Shown: one piece after another, positions 1 to 8,710 of the stretch | Layout: the number at the start of each line of letters is the position of its first letter | Position numbering within the stretch: the first letter of the stretch is position 1 | IMG/VR virus record: IMGVR_UViG_2740892117_000010 | Coordinates: 1-21,412 of that record | DNA length: 21,412 bases | Direction: 5' to 3' (one strand) | DNA from: a virus | Lineage: Duplodnaviria > Heunggongvirae > Uroviricota > Caudoviricetes | Translations under genes and position numbers: made by a program | The notes under the pieces: model-generated | What the model was told of the DNA's origin: nothing | The model's input: only the letters and a program-made list of their open reading frames with translations | Database searches by the model: none

Positions 1-372
1 TTCACCTGCGATCCGCGACAGCACGAAAGTACAGAATGCGGTTTCCACCACTTCAGCGGAGTCTCTGGCATTCTTCAGTTCCTGTGCGTCGGCCTGCGCA
101 CGCGTAAGTCGATGGCGTTCGTACTCAATAGTCCCTGGCTGGAGATCTGCCTCGCTGGCCTGCCGCAGTTCTTCAACCTCCCGGCGCAGCTTTTCGTTCT
201 CAATTTCAGCATCCCTTTTGGCATACCATTTTATGACGGCGGCAGAGTCATAAAGCACCTCATTACCCTTGCCACCGCCTCGCAGAACGGGCATTCCCTG
301 TTCCTGCCAGTTCTGAATGGTACGGATACTCGCACCGAAAATGTCAGCCAGCTGCTTTTTGTTGACTTCCAT
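1..372 (-). CDS. nu1: Terminase small subunit Nu1, N-terminal ~124 codons (gene runs off the window start)
   Basis: Minus-strand ATG at 372; translation MEVNKKQLADIFGASIRTIQNWQEQGMPVLRGGGKGNEVLYDSAAVIKWYA... matches lambda Nu1 from memory almost residue for residue. Absent from the ORF track because it has no in-window stop. Confidence 0.92.
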   Translation of the reverse strand, partial: MEVNKKQLADIFGASIRTIQNWQEQGMPVLRGGGKGNEVLYDSAAVIKWYAKRDAEIENEKLRREVEELRQASEADLQPGTIEYERHRLTRAQADAQELKNARDSAEVVETAFCTFVLSRIAGE

Positions 373-600
373 TGTTCATTCCACGGACAAAAACAGAGAA
401 AGGAAACGACAGAGGCCCAAAAGCTCGCTTTCAGCACCTGTCGTTTCCTTTCTTTTCAGGGGGTATTTTAAATAAAAACATTAAGTTACGACGAAGAAGA
501 ACGGAAACACCTTAAACCGGAAAATTTTCATAAATAGCGAAAACCCGCGAGGTCGCCGCCCCGTAACCTGTCGGATCGCCGGAAAGGACCCGCAAAATGA
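373..600 (-). other. Lambda-type cos site: cosB between Nu1 and cosN, cosN cohesive-end sequence at 550-561, cosQ side 562-600
   Basis: Reverse complement of 550-561 is GGGCGGCGACCT, the lambda 12-nt cohesive end; flanking sequence matches remembered lambda left and right ends; spacing to the Nu1 ATG (~178 bp) is as in lambda. Confidence 0.88.
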
Positions 601-771
601 TAATGATTGTCAAATACGTTTATCACACTGATATTCAGAATCACTACTGAAAGACTCCCTTTGTGGTGCGCGAGGGATGCGCATAAAAAAACCACCAGCA
701 AATGCCAGTGGCTAGAGATATTCATTGCGAATAACCATCACAAAACAACTTAACTCGTGAGGGTAGAAATT

Positions 772-1176
772 TTACTCGAGGCCAAGTTTCTTCTTTAAAT
801 AGGCCTTCGTTAACTCCAGCCCAACATCTTTGATTGTACTCAAAGGGGCATCGCTCATTGACTTTAATTTCTCAAAAACCGTAGGTTCATTTAATGCCTG
901 GGCGAATTCTTGTCCCTGCGCAGATAGTCGCACGTCGGTACCCATATCTAGCATATGGCCACAATGGCGCATGTAGCCCAGTTTAGTTATGTCATCCGTT
1001 ATTAGATCTTTATTACTGATATAACCTTGCTCAATAAGAAGTAGATAATGAAACATCCCTTCATTCGAGCAGATATCGTACCCCGCATTAGCTAAGTCTT
1101 TTGTAGATATAAAGGGAGTTTTCGCTTTCAAAAATACCTCAAGCATCCCCTTCATGTATTCTAAATTTTTAACCAC
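772..1176 (-). CDS. Hypothetical moron protein (134 aa), no family recognised
   Basis: ORF with GTG start at 1176 preceded by AAGGAGG 5 nt upstream; AT-rich relative to neighbours; lies between lysis cassette and cos. Confidence 0.6.
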   Translation of the reverse strand: MVKNLEYMKGMLEVFLKAKTPFISTKDLANAGYDICSNEGMFHYLLLIEQGYISNKDLITDDITKLGYMRHCGHMLDMGTDVRLSAQGQEFAQALNEPTVFEKLKSMSDAPLSTIKDVGLELTKAYLKKKLGLE

Positions 1177-1311
1177 AAAAACCTCCTTAGGATAATTGGA
1201 GGTCTAGAATACCGTTTGCAAGCACGTTGATAAATCATTATCACAGGCACTCAATGAATGCCTGCTGTAATTGCGTACGGTAATGAACGTAAAAAACCGC
1301 CCGAGGTATAT

Positions 1312-1671
1312 TTAGACATTAGATGGCGCTTTGTCAGTATAGACCCGGTACGCCCTGACAAACATCCCGTTACATTCAGAGTCCGCCTTGATATACGCCA
1401 ATTCGTAACCCCGATGCTTTAGCTCTTCACGAGCTCTTTTCTCTTCCTTAGCCATGAAGTTAAGATCTTTAATTTCTGAGTAGGTATATGTTCCCACTAT
1501 AAAATCTCTGCCTGGCCGTCCATTTATCAGTTCCATGTGTCCTCCCAAAAAGTTGGTAGTCAGAACATACCATGCTAAGCGAGGTGAAAGCACCTTTATC
1601 AAGCCCCCCGCAGATAGACTTTGTAATGGAGAGTCATTGAGTAGTTCTCGTAATTCTTTGATTTTCCGCAC
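1312..1671 (-). CDS. Hypothetical moron protein (119 aa from GTG at 1671; alternative 74-aa product from ATG at 1536)
   Basis: ORF downstream of the lysis-operon terminators; internal ATG at 1536 has a strong GGGAGGA Shine-Dalgarno, the GTG at 1671 has none, so the start is uncertain. Confidence 0.5.
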   Translation of the reverse strand: MRKIKELRELLNDSPLQSLSAGGLIKVLSPRLAWYVLTTNFLGGHMELINGRPGRDFIVGTYTYSEIKDLNFMAKEEKRAREELKHRGYELAYIKADSECNGMFVRAYRVYTDKAPSNV

Positions 1672-1824
1672 ACTCGTGCAGAAGGTGTTCCCCGTCGGGC
1701 TACGGTCATGGTTAATGCGGGAATACAGCGACGATACAGCGCATGATGTGTCAGGCTTGAATACCTTTATCCGTTAAAAGGGATATCAGTTAAGTTATCC
1801 CGTGTAGGGTATAAGCCATTATCA

Positions 1825-1887
1825 AAGCCACTCTGTAGGGAGTGGCTTTTGTAATGGCAATAAAAAAGCCCCGCGAATGCGAGGCTA
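1825..1887 (-). terminator. Tandem intrinsic terminator hairpins ending the lysis operon
   Basis: Minus strand reads GCCTCGCATTCGCGGGGC then TTTTTTATT (1856-1887), and a second hairpin AAAGCCACTC...GAGTGGCTTT (1825-1850). Confidence 0.6.
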
Positions 1888-2059
1888 AATCCAGGTATTT
1901 TTAATGACTGGCTCTTATCTCAACGCAGCCCCTTACCGCGCGCCAGATGCTCAATATCAAGCATCAGCAATGAGATGTTTAACCATGATTCACTCCAGAA
2001 GTGAGCACCACCCTGTCTACAGAGCCAGATGTGAAGGATGATGAGTAAAATTATCGCTA

Positions 2060-2542
2060 TCATCGAAGGCATTGCGTCCTGATGTATTCCTGAAGCGTTC
2101 TCAGTGCTGTTTGGTCGCGGATAATTCCGTCCCGGATACCGAGAACGTTTCGTCCAGCAACTGGAGAGAGTTCGACGGTGGCATCATTGCCCATGCCGGA
2201 GGCGCTGGAGGTTTCGGCTGAGGATGGCACAGGGCATTTTCCTTTGACGAACACCCGACCACCATTATCAAGCTTGCGCCGAAGAGCATCATTTTTAGCT
2301 TTCGCATCAGCTAACTCCTTCGTGTATTTAGCATCGAGTGCATCAGCAGCACGCTGGCGCTGCTGCATGTCAGTAATGGTGGCGGTCGCCTGCTTCAGCT
2401 CACTGACTTTTTTATCACGCTGTTCTTTGTAGGCGATGGCGTTATCACGGTAATGATTGACCGCCCACGACAGGCAGACGATGATGCAGATAACCAGAGC
2501 ATAAATAATCGCGGCGACTCTGCTCACTGATCTATCCCCCAA
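2060..2542 (-). CDS. Rz: Rz i-spanin (inner-membrane spanin subunit)
   Basis: Translation [39 protein letters not shown]...[15 protein letters not shown] closely matches lambda Rz from memory; overlaps the endolysin 3' end as in lambda. Confidence 0.92.
   Translation of the reverse strand: MGDRSVSRVAAIIYALVICIIVCLSWAVNHYRDNAIAYKEQRDKKVSELKQATATITDMQQRQRAADALDAKYTKELADAKAKNDALRRKLDNGGRVFVKGKCPVPSSAETSSASGMGNDATVELSPVAGRNVLGIRDGIIRDQTALRTLQEYIRTQCLR
2101..2307 (-). CDS. Rz1: Rz1 o-spanin lipoprotein, embedded in the +1 frame of Rz
   Basis: Translation [21 protein letters not shown]...PPAPPAW has a lipobox (VVGC) and proline-rich core like lambda Rz1; entirely inside Rz. Confidence 0.85.
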   Translation of the reverse strand: MRKLKMMLFGASLIMVVGCSSKENALCHPQPKPPAPPAWAMMPPSNSLQLLDETFSVSGTELSATKQH

Positions 2543-3057
2543 CAGGCTAATGCGCTTTCCTGGTCACGACGAATAACCTGTCCATAGCAGTTATTTGAAC
2601 GTATGCGGCAATCGCGCCCACCATCTTTTATCCACCAGCGAATCGCCTCGCATGCACCTTTACGATCACCAGCATTCAGCCGCTTATAAAACGTCGACGG
2701 AAAACACTTACCGGGGCCAATGTTATAGGGACAAAATGACGCGATACCCGCTTTTTGTGGCTCGGTCAGTGGTACTTTAATATTGCGCTCCACCCATGCC
2801 AGCGCCTTATCACGCTCAATGGCGTTGACCTGGTCGCATTTTTCCTTCGACAGTTTCATACCGGGAAAAACGGGTTTTCCATCCACCATCGTGGCACCCC
2901 GACAGATGGTCCAGATGCCGGAACCATCGCGGTATGCCGTTGTGTGGTTACCTTCTTTTTCATCCAGAAACTGGTCGAGAATATCAGGCGCGGGCGCACC
3001 GACGGCAATCAGTGCCAGAACGGCAGCCGACAGGCCGTATCTGATTTTTGCGTTCAT
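2524..3057 (-). CDS. R: SAR endolysin (phage-21 R / P1 Lyz type lysozyme with N-terminal signal-anchor-release domain)
   Basis: N-terminal weakly hydrophobic Gly/Ala-rich segment ([16 protein letters not shown]) followed by a T4-lysozyme-like catalytic region; positioned between holin and Rz. Confidence 0.88.
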   Translation of the reverse strand: MNAKIRYGLSAAVLALIAVGAPAPDILDQFLDEKEGNHTTAYRDGSGIWTICRGATMVDGKPVFPGMKLSKEKCDQVNAIERDKALAWVERNIKVPLTEPQKAGIASFCPYNIGPGKCFPSTFYKRLNAGDRKGACEAIRWWIKDGGRDCRIRSNNCYGQVIRRDQESALACWGIDQ

Positions 3058-3120
3058 GGATATTTATCAGGATTTATCGGTTTCTGCCCACGGACAGGTT
3101 TATCTGTTCCGGTCAGTGAC

Positions 3121-3471
3121 TTAAGGTTGTGATTCCGGAGGAGTCTTCAGAGAACCAGTAATTCTTCCTGGTAGCTTTCCTTTGTAGGTTATCCAAACAT
3201 TCTGCGCATCTAAAATTACGGAGCGCTTTTCCGGCGACTGCTCGTCCCCTTCACATAACCCGGCAGCAACATCTAGGAAGACCTGTCTGATGCTCATTCT
3301 GGCTGCTGCCTCATAAAACTCCAGCGCGGCACCTTCAACACGGTCCAGCGAGATGTCCAGGTCAAAAATTTCACCGTCAAAGCGTTTTTTGTCCCGTAAC
3401 GCTAAAGTTACCGTAACTTTATTCTCAAAATTGCGGATCCCTTTCACAATCAGTTCATAGTTTTGAGTCAT
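3121..3471 (-). CDS. Hypothetical protein (116 aa) inserted between pinholin and endolysin
   Basis: ATG at 3471 with GGGGAGAG Shine-Dalgarno, starting 4 nt after the holin stop; no recognisable family. Confidence 0.6.
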   Translation of the reverse strand: MTQNYELIVKGIRNFENKVTVTLALRDKKRFDGEIFDLDISLDRVEGAALEFYEAAARMSIRQVFLDVAAGLCEGDEQSPEKRSVILDAQNVWITYKGKLPGRITGSLKTPPESQP

Positions 3472-3475
3472 TGAA

Positions 3476-3691
3476 TTACTCTCCCCGTGCAGCCTTACGC
3501 TTGTCTTCTTTAATCTTGAAATAAAGGTTTGTCAGATACGTCAGCAAGCCAAATACCAGACTACCCAGCACACCTATTGCCGCCCACTGTGAGGGCGTGA
3601 CTTTATCGAGCAACTGTAAAAACCAGTACCCGGCACTACCTGCTGAGGTGCCATAGGCGACACCCGTTGTTAACTTATCCATGGATTTCAT
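3476..3691 (-). CDS. S: Pinholin, phage-21 S type (71-aa antiholin / 68-aa holin dual start)
   Basis: Translation [71 protein letters not shown] is near-identical to S21 as remembered, including the MKSM...MDK dual-start motif. The ORF-track start at 3778 is an upstream extension. Confidence 0.9.
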
Positions 3692-3758
3692 AACCCCACC
3701 TCGCAGATGCGGGTGCTGTGTAATGGAAATAAAAAGGCCACCTGACGTGGCCACCAGA

Positions 3759-4811
3759 TTATTTCCCCACCAGCTCATTTATCTCTTTCACTGTCTGATT
3801 AAACCGCTCTGACTCAAGCTCAACACCTAAGGCCCGACGCCCCAGCGCCATTGCTGCTTTTATTGTGGAACCGGATCCCATAAAAAAATCAGCAACCAGA
3901 TCACCTGGTCGACTACTGGCATTGATTATTTGCCTGAGCATATCCGCCGGTTTCTCACACGGATGTTTCCCCGGGTAGAACTGAACGGGTTTATGCATCC
4001 AGACATCGGTATAAGGCACGGAGACTGATACGGAGAAATAGCGCCGGAGAGATTTAAACTCATCCAGCAATTCAGAATATTTACGATTCAGTGAATCATA
4101 AGATGCCACCAGCTGGTGGTGTGGTTGTTCCAGTTGTTGTTCCTGAAACTTCTCTGCCGCTATACGGGAAAACAGTGCCTGTAACTTCCGATAGTCAGCC
4201 TCATTCGGCAACTGCCACTGACTGGCACCAAACCAGTGGGAAACCATATTTTTCTTACCTGTGGCTTCGGCAATTTGTTTTGCCGTTATACCCAGTTCGG
4301 CACGAGCATCCCTGAAATACGATATCAGCGGTGCCATTATGTGCTGTTTGAGTTCCCTTTCTTTTGCTGCATAGCCGTCACTTTTGCCGCGATATGGCCC
4401 CTGGTAATGTTCAGCAAACAGAACGCGCTCTGTGGCAGGAAAATATGCGCGCAGACTTTCTTTATTACACCCATTCCAACGTCCGGACGGCTTCGCCCAG
4501 ATGATATGGTTAAGCACGTTGAAACGTTCACGCATCATGATCTCAATATCAGATGCCAGGCGATGCCCACAGAACAGGTAAAGGCTTCCGGCAGGTTTTA
4601 ACACCCGCCAGAACTGGGCCAGACAGTGGTCCAGCCACTTAAGGTAATCTTCGTCCCCTTTCCACTGATTGTCCCAGCCGTTGGGTTTCACCTTGAAGTA
4701 CGGCGGATCGGTAACAATCAGGTCAATGGAATCATCAGGCAGGGACTGAATAAAATGCAGGCAATCAGCGTTGATTAAATCAACACTGTTTATTTTTACA
4801 GTATTTTTCAT
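3759..4811 (-). CDS. DNA methyltransferase (N6-adenine/N4-cytosine class, DPPY motif), orphan
   Basis: Contains IVTDPPYF (motif IV) and a C-terminal FxGSGST-like AdoMet motif; no adjacent restriction endonuclease. Confidence 0.85.
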
Positions 4812-4961
4812 GGATCAGTAAGCGTAACTCTGGTAGGCTCACTCTGCTTTTGCGCTAAAGCAGTGGGCCGTGGTTCGCTTGTGACCAGTAAGCATGAGCG
4901 AATGGCTGGCAGGTGCTACCAACACCCACCAGCCGCCCATTTTCACAGCAGGAAACCGCCA

Positions 4962-5189
4962 TTACTGGCAGCGTCTGAATTTATTCCCGTACCCGCCGTT
5001 ATCCTTCGCCAGACCCGCCAGAACTAACTGAGTCAGTATTAACTGGCACCGGGCTTCGCTTACTCCGGTAGTTCTCGTCATCATGCGTGGCGTTACCCAC
5101 TTGTCAGCAGGTAAGAAATGAAGGACTGCGGCGGCGGTTTCTGTCATATCTTGCTGTTTTAGCATGTCTTTTTCCCTTCTGGTTAACAT
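4962..5189 (-). CDS. Small hypothetical protein (75 aa; possible start at 5165), first ORF after the late terminator
   Basis: ORF with GAAGGG upstream of the second ATG; C-terminal half looks like a winged-helix segment; function unknown. Confidence 0.4.
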   Translation of the reverse strand: MLTRREKDMLKQQDMTETAAAVLHFLPADKWVTPRMMTRTTGVSEARCQLILTQLVLAGLAKDNGGYGNKFRRCQ

Positions 5190-5283
5190 GACATACCAAT
5201 AACTCTTGTCTAAAAATCCAGCAAGATAAAAAGTCAGTATTCACGACCACCAGCGTGTTTACTGTACTGCACCAAGTTTACAG

Positions 5284-5311
5284 GTACAAAAAACCCGCTC
5301 AGTGGCGGGTT
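5284..5311 (-). terminator. tR-prime-like intrinsic terminator downstream of the late promoter
   Basis: Minus strand reads AACCCGCCACTGAGCGGGTT followed by TTTTTTGT. Confidence 0.7.
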
Positions 5312-5357
5312 CTTAAATCTTATCAACGGTAGACATACAAAGCCCATCGTTGGGGAA

Positions 5358-5386
5358 ATCTTATCCATATTTTTTGAAAAATGCAA
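5358..5386 (-). promoter_or_regulatory. Late promoter (pR-prime-like), presumed Q-engagement region
   Basis: Minus strand TTGCAT - 17 nt - TAAGAT immediately downstream of the Q-like gene stop and about 45 nt upstream of the tR-prime-like hairpin. Confidence 0.6.
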
Positions 5387-5417
5387 GTATCATGTCGTCA
5401 TCTTCGGCGAAAATCAT

Positions 5418-6212
5418 TTATCTTGTCACTTTTCTCAATTGTGTCTCTGCATATGCTTCTTCCTGCCAGCACTTTGTAACCAGTTTATCAATGACATCTG
5501 CATATCCTTTGTACCACTGATAATCCGTCAGATCCGGTACCAGCTTCTGGACATGATGCCGCGCCAGTGTGGTTGGTAAACGGCTAAACCGGTTTCCATT
5601 GCAACGCCCACAAATCTTATAAACAGGCGTGCCATGAAGCCGGGTCCTTTTTTCATCCAGGACAATACCTTTACCCTTACACCCTCTGCACGCTGTGCTG
5701 ACTTCTCCCTTACCATGACAATGCTGACATAGTTCCTTCACCCACTCCTCCTTGATAACAGATTCACCGCTTCTGGAGTGTTTCACCACTTCGCGCAATA
5801 CATTATGAAATCCAGTACCTGCACAATGCTCACAGCGAGCCTTACTTGCCGCAGACCTGGAATAATCAGCAAAGGCAAAATTCACAAGGTAAGGGATGAT
5901 CTGTAACCGGGTTTCTTCACTCAATTTATTCAATGTCGGGTTATCCAGTGCCATCGCGTAATTGAGCAGACCTTCAATCGCAAACTGAGGATCCTGAACA
6001 CCAACTTTTGCCAGGAATAAGGCAAAACCCAGTGGTGCTTTCGACTGCACCATCCCCTGCGCAGCCATTACATCCGTAATTGTTAAACCACCAGAGCCTG
6101 TCGCCGGTGCGTCATCGCTCAATTTTGGAGATTTCGGGGAGTAATATTTCGGTAAGGCTTCAAGGTTCATGCTCGTTCTCCACTTACGCCAGCACGCCAA
6201 TTGCCAGCGCAC
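5418..6212 (-). CDS. Q: Late-gene antiterminator Q (phage-82 / QuuQ-like family)
   Basis: Position directly upstream of the late promoter and terminator; several CxxC zinc-binding pairs (CEHCAGTG, CQHCHGKG, CRGCKGKG, CGRCNG). Start may be the internal ATG at 6170. Confidence 0.7.
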   Translation of the reverse strand: MRWQLACWRKWRTSMNLEALPKYYSPKSPKLSDDAPATGSGGLTITDVMAAQGMVQSKAPLGFALFLAKVGVQDPQFAIEGLLNYAMALDNPTLNKLSEETRLQIIPYLVNFAFADYSRSAASKARCEHCAGTGFHNVLREVVKHSRSGESVIKEEWVKELCQHCHGKGEVSTACRGCKGKGIVLDEKRTRLHGTPVYKICGRCNGNRFSRLPTTLARHHVQKLVPDLTDYQWYKGYADVIDKLVTKCWQEEAYAETQLRKVTR

Positions 6213-7179
6213 GATCGATAAAACGAAATATCAGCTCCAGCTGGGAGCCATACTTCTCTTCAAATGCCACGGTATCCGCATGCAGCTCGTCGTGATGCTT
6301 TCTGCACAAAGGCAACACAAAAAGGTCATGCGCTTTTGTTCCCATTCCACCCTGACCGTGACCTATCAGGTGGTGGGGATCATCAGCGGGCTTTCCACAA
6401 CATGCACACGGCTGTGTCTTAACCCAGCGCGTGTACTTTTCATTAACCCAGCGGCGACGTTTTGGGCGTAACATAAAAGACTCCGGCGACTCCGGATCCA
6501 CTTTCAGCGCCAGCACCTTTTTCGCCTTATCCTGGATGATGCTGGTGGCAGGAACCGAAGGCACAAGGTCACTTTCCCGGGTAACAGACGGCACAACAGG
6601 CTTCGGTAATCTCAGTGCCTTACGGGCTGCACTTTCCGGTAAGGCATCCGCCAGATCATTACGAATCAGCCACCAGCACAGTTCCGGCATTGTCACAACG
6701 TGACTGTCATCAAAACCGAGATCCCGACGCACAACAGACAACACCCAGCGGGCACAGTTATCCGTTGCCATTGATTCCAGCCGTTCCGTGAACTGATCGC
6801 GCAGCTGGTTATCGCAGTGCCAGCACAGACGGATTGCACCCGGAGCGTGTCGCATTGTGGTCATGTTCTCGCTGTGCCAGTCGGAATGAGGCCACTGGCA
6901 GCCTTTTTCACGAAGTAACCAGCTTTCAAGACATTCCACGCCACCAGCACGACGGATCACTGCCTCATTGCGGAACACGGCCCGAACGGCAGGATCATCC
7001 GCCAGCGGTTGTGATGCCGCCGGAACGGCACCACTGGCGAAAGATGAATAACGCTCCGGCTCAGGCTCCAGCAGGACACGCCCCTGCATAAACAGGGGCA
7101 TCAGCTCTGAACCTGGCCTGAACAATACGATCCCCATACGCGGGGCAATTTCAGGGGTCAGTAGTGCTCTCACGGTCAC
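6184..7179 (-). CDS. DUF968 / YdfU-like protein with C-terminal HNH-like motif
   Basis: C-terminal CACCGKPADDPHHLIGHGQGG...CRKHHDELH resembles an HNH/zinc-finger nuclease motif; lies upstream of Q as ydfU does in the Qin prophage (from memory). Confidence 0.65.
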   Translation of the reverse strand: MTVRALLTPEIAPRMGIVLFRPGSELMPLFMQGRVLLEPEPERYSSFASGAVPAASQPLADDPAVRAVFRNEAVIRRAGGVECLESWLLREKGCQWPHSDWHSENMTTMRHAPGAIRLCWHCDNQLRDQFTERLESMATDNCARWVLSVVRRDLGFDDSHVVTMPELCWWLIRNDLADALPESAARKALRLPKPVVPSVTRESDLVPSVPATSIIQDKAKKVLALKVDPESPESFMLRPKRRRWVNEKYTRWVKTQPCACCGKPADDPHHLIGHGQGGMGTKAHDLFVLPLCRKHHDELHADTVAFEEKYGSQLELIFRFIDRALAIGVLA

Positions 7180-7180
7180 C

Positions 7181-7978
7181 TCAATGAACGGTATCGAGCA
7201 GCTTTAACAGCTCAGGGAATCGGGATTCGAAGAAATGCGGCTGCGTCTCGCGCGGATTTGCGGGACTGGTGATGTTCTTGCCGAACATGCAGCCTTTCGC
7301 TGTCAGCGACCAGAATTTTTTGATGTTGTTAATCGCGGTACGGCTGTATCGTTCGCGCTGCTCGACGATCCCCAGCTTCACCATCTGGTGATATGCCTGA
7401 TTAGCTGTCAGGCGGATACCATACTGCTTCAGCAGTGCACTCAGTGACAGCGTGGGGCGGCTTGAGCCATCAGGCGCGTCAGCAGGAGCATCAATGGCAT
7501 AGCGCGGTGCCAGATTCGGTAAGCCAACAGCCTCCTGGAGTTTCTGACAGGCACCAAGCACTGAAGAGTTAGACAGGTTTAATTCCCGGCGCATAAAGTC
7601 CAGCAGAATCACACCAGCCTGCATCTTGTCAGCAGCCTGTCCGGATAATTTTTCCGGTGCGCTGGTTACCATGTCGAAAGTACGGATCACCTTCAGATGG
7701 AATGACGGGCTGATCCACATTGCATAGGCATACACCAGTTCTTTGCAGACATACGTCCCCTGGTTATTTCCGCCACGAATAACGTTAACTGGCTCTATAT
7801 TGACCGAGTTGCAAATCTGCAACTCGCTTATTAAACGTTCAGTTTGCTCATTGCGGAGCCAGAATGCAGGCTTATGCTTATCCAGAGAACCGGCAGCCCT
7901 GTGCAGATCGTTCAGGCTGTAACGACCATAAGCATCACGACGAACTTCAATACCATCAATGACCATCAGATTATTCAT
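7181..7978 (-). CDS. KilA-N domain protein
   Basis: N-terminal IDGIEVRRDAYGRYSLNDLHRAAG...KPAFWLRNEQTERLISEL is characteristic of the KilA-N DNA-binding domain. Confidence 0.7.
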   Translation of the reverse strand: MNNLMVIDGIEVRRDAYGRYSLNDLHRAAGSLDKHKPAFWLRNEQTERLISELQICNSVNIEPVNVIRGGNNQGTYVCKELVYAYAMWISPSFHLKVIRTFDMVTSAPEKLSGQAADKMQAGVILLDFMRRELNLSNSSVLGACQKLQEAVGLPNLAPRYAIDAPADAPDGSSRPTLSLSALLKQYGIRLTANQAYHQMVKLGIVEQRERYSRTAINNIKKFWSLTAKGCMFGKNITSPANPRETQPHFFESRFPELLKLLDTVH

Positions 7979-7997
7979 ACTTCGTTTCTCCTCTTAA

Positions 7998-8387
7998 TCA
8001 GGCGGCTGCACCCGCCGGTTTCTCATACTTACTGATAGTGATCTCGACCTTCCCTTTCGGGATAACCGGTCCCCACTCCACCAGCATTCTTTTCACCTGA
8101 CTGTCGTCTTCCCACACCCCCGCGTGGGTCAGGGCGTCAAACAGCGCCTTGTTATAGTTGTCCAGATCGCGGATCCGGTTATCCGGAGGAAACAACACGA
8201 TCTCCACTGAAGCAGGTGCCGACGTTGGTTTCGGCAGGCGACGTAACTGCTCAACTATTGCTGCGCACGCCGCGCTCTGGAATTTGCGCCCCGCTGCGCT
8301 TATCAGACTCTTACCAGCAAACGCCCCTTTGTTGGGGTGTCGCCAGTACGTGTTCACGCTGGGCGGAAAAGGCAGGATCAGCTTCAT
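7998..8387 (-). CDS. rusA: Holliday junction resolvase RusA
   Basis: Conserved RusA signature (PPSVNTYWRH..., DLDNYNKALFDALTHAGVWEDDSQV). Confidence 0.9.
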   Translation of the reverse strand: MKLILPFPPSVNTYWRHPNKGAFAGKSLISAAGRKFQSAACAAIVEQLRRLPKPTSAPASVEIVLFPPDNRIRDLDNYNKALFDALTHAGVWEDDSQVKRMLVEWGPVIPKGKVEITISKYEKPAGAAA

Positions 8388-8710
8388 ACTTTCAGGCCCC
8401 TCTCATGTAACCAGTGGGCTGCACGCAGCCTGGCGTTTTCCTCACCGGCAAGCAGTGCGCGGATAATCCCGACCGCCTCGCTGTCGTCGTCCTTCACAGC
8501 GGTATGAAGCGTTATCCCCCGTGCCACGCCACGCTTTATCGTGATGACGCCTTTTTTCTCCAGTGCGCGAAGATGCTCCACCGCTGCATTCACCGAACGG
8601 TATCCCAGCATGGTTGCCACCTCCTGATTGGTTGGCGGAAAGCCACGCTCTTTCTGGTAAGAAATCAGCATATCCAGCACCTGCTGCTGGCATTGAGTTA
8701 ACGTCGTCAT
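8384..8710 (-). CDS. LexA N-terminal DNA-binding-domain protein (no peptidase domain)
   Basis: LTQCQQQVLDMLISYQKERGFPPTNQEVATMLGYRSVNAAVEHLRALEKKGVI parallels the LexA N-terminal wHTH as remembered; 108 aa, lacking an S24 domain. Confidence 0.75.
   Translation of the reverse strand: MTTLTQCQQQVLDMLISYQKERGFPPTNQEVATMLGYRSVNAAVEHLRALEKKGVITIKRGVARGITLHTAVKDDDSEAVGIIRALLAGEENARLRAAHWLHERGLKV

Noticed and set aside
112-471. 119-aa plus-strand ORF
   Set aside because: It is antisense to the clearly recognisable Nu1 gene and cos region, and its sequence is low-complexity; a shadow ORF.
1290-1310. Possible terminator between the two moron genes (A-run followed by GC-rich segment)
   Set aside because: No convincing stem could be formed by eye.
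2595-3132. Plus-strand ORFs of 61-125 aa overlapping the endolysin
   Set aside because: Antisense to a strongly supported SAR endolysin gene; Arg/Cys-rich junk-like translations.
3692-3778. N-terminal extension of the holin ORF (100-aa version)
   Set aside because: The S21 homology begins at MKSMDK (start 3691); the extension overlaps the methyltransferase 3' end and has no Shine-Dalgarno.
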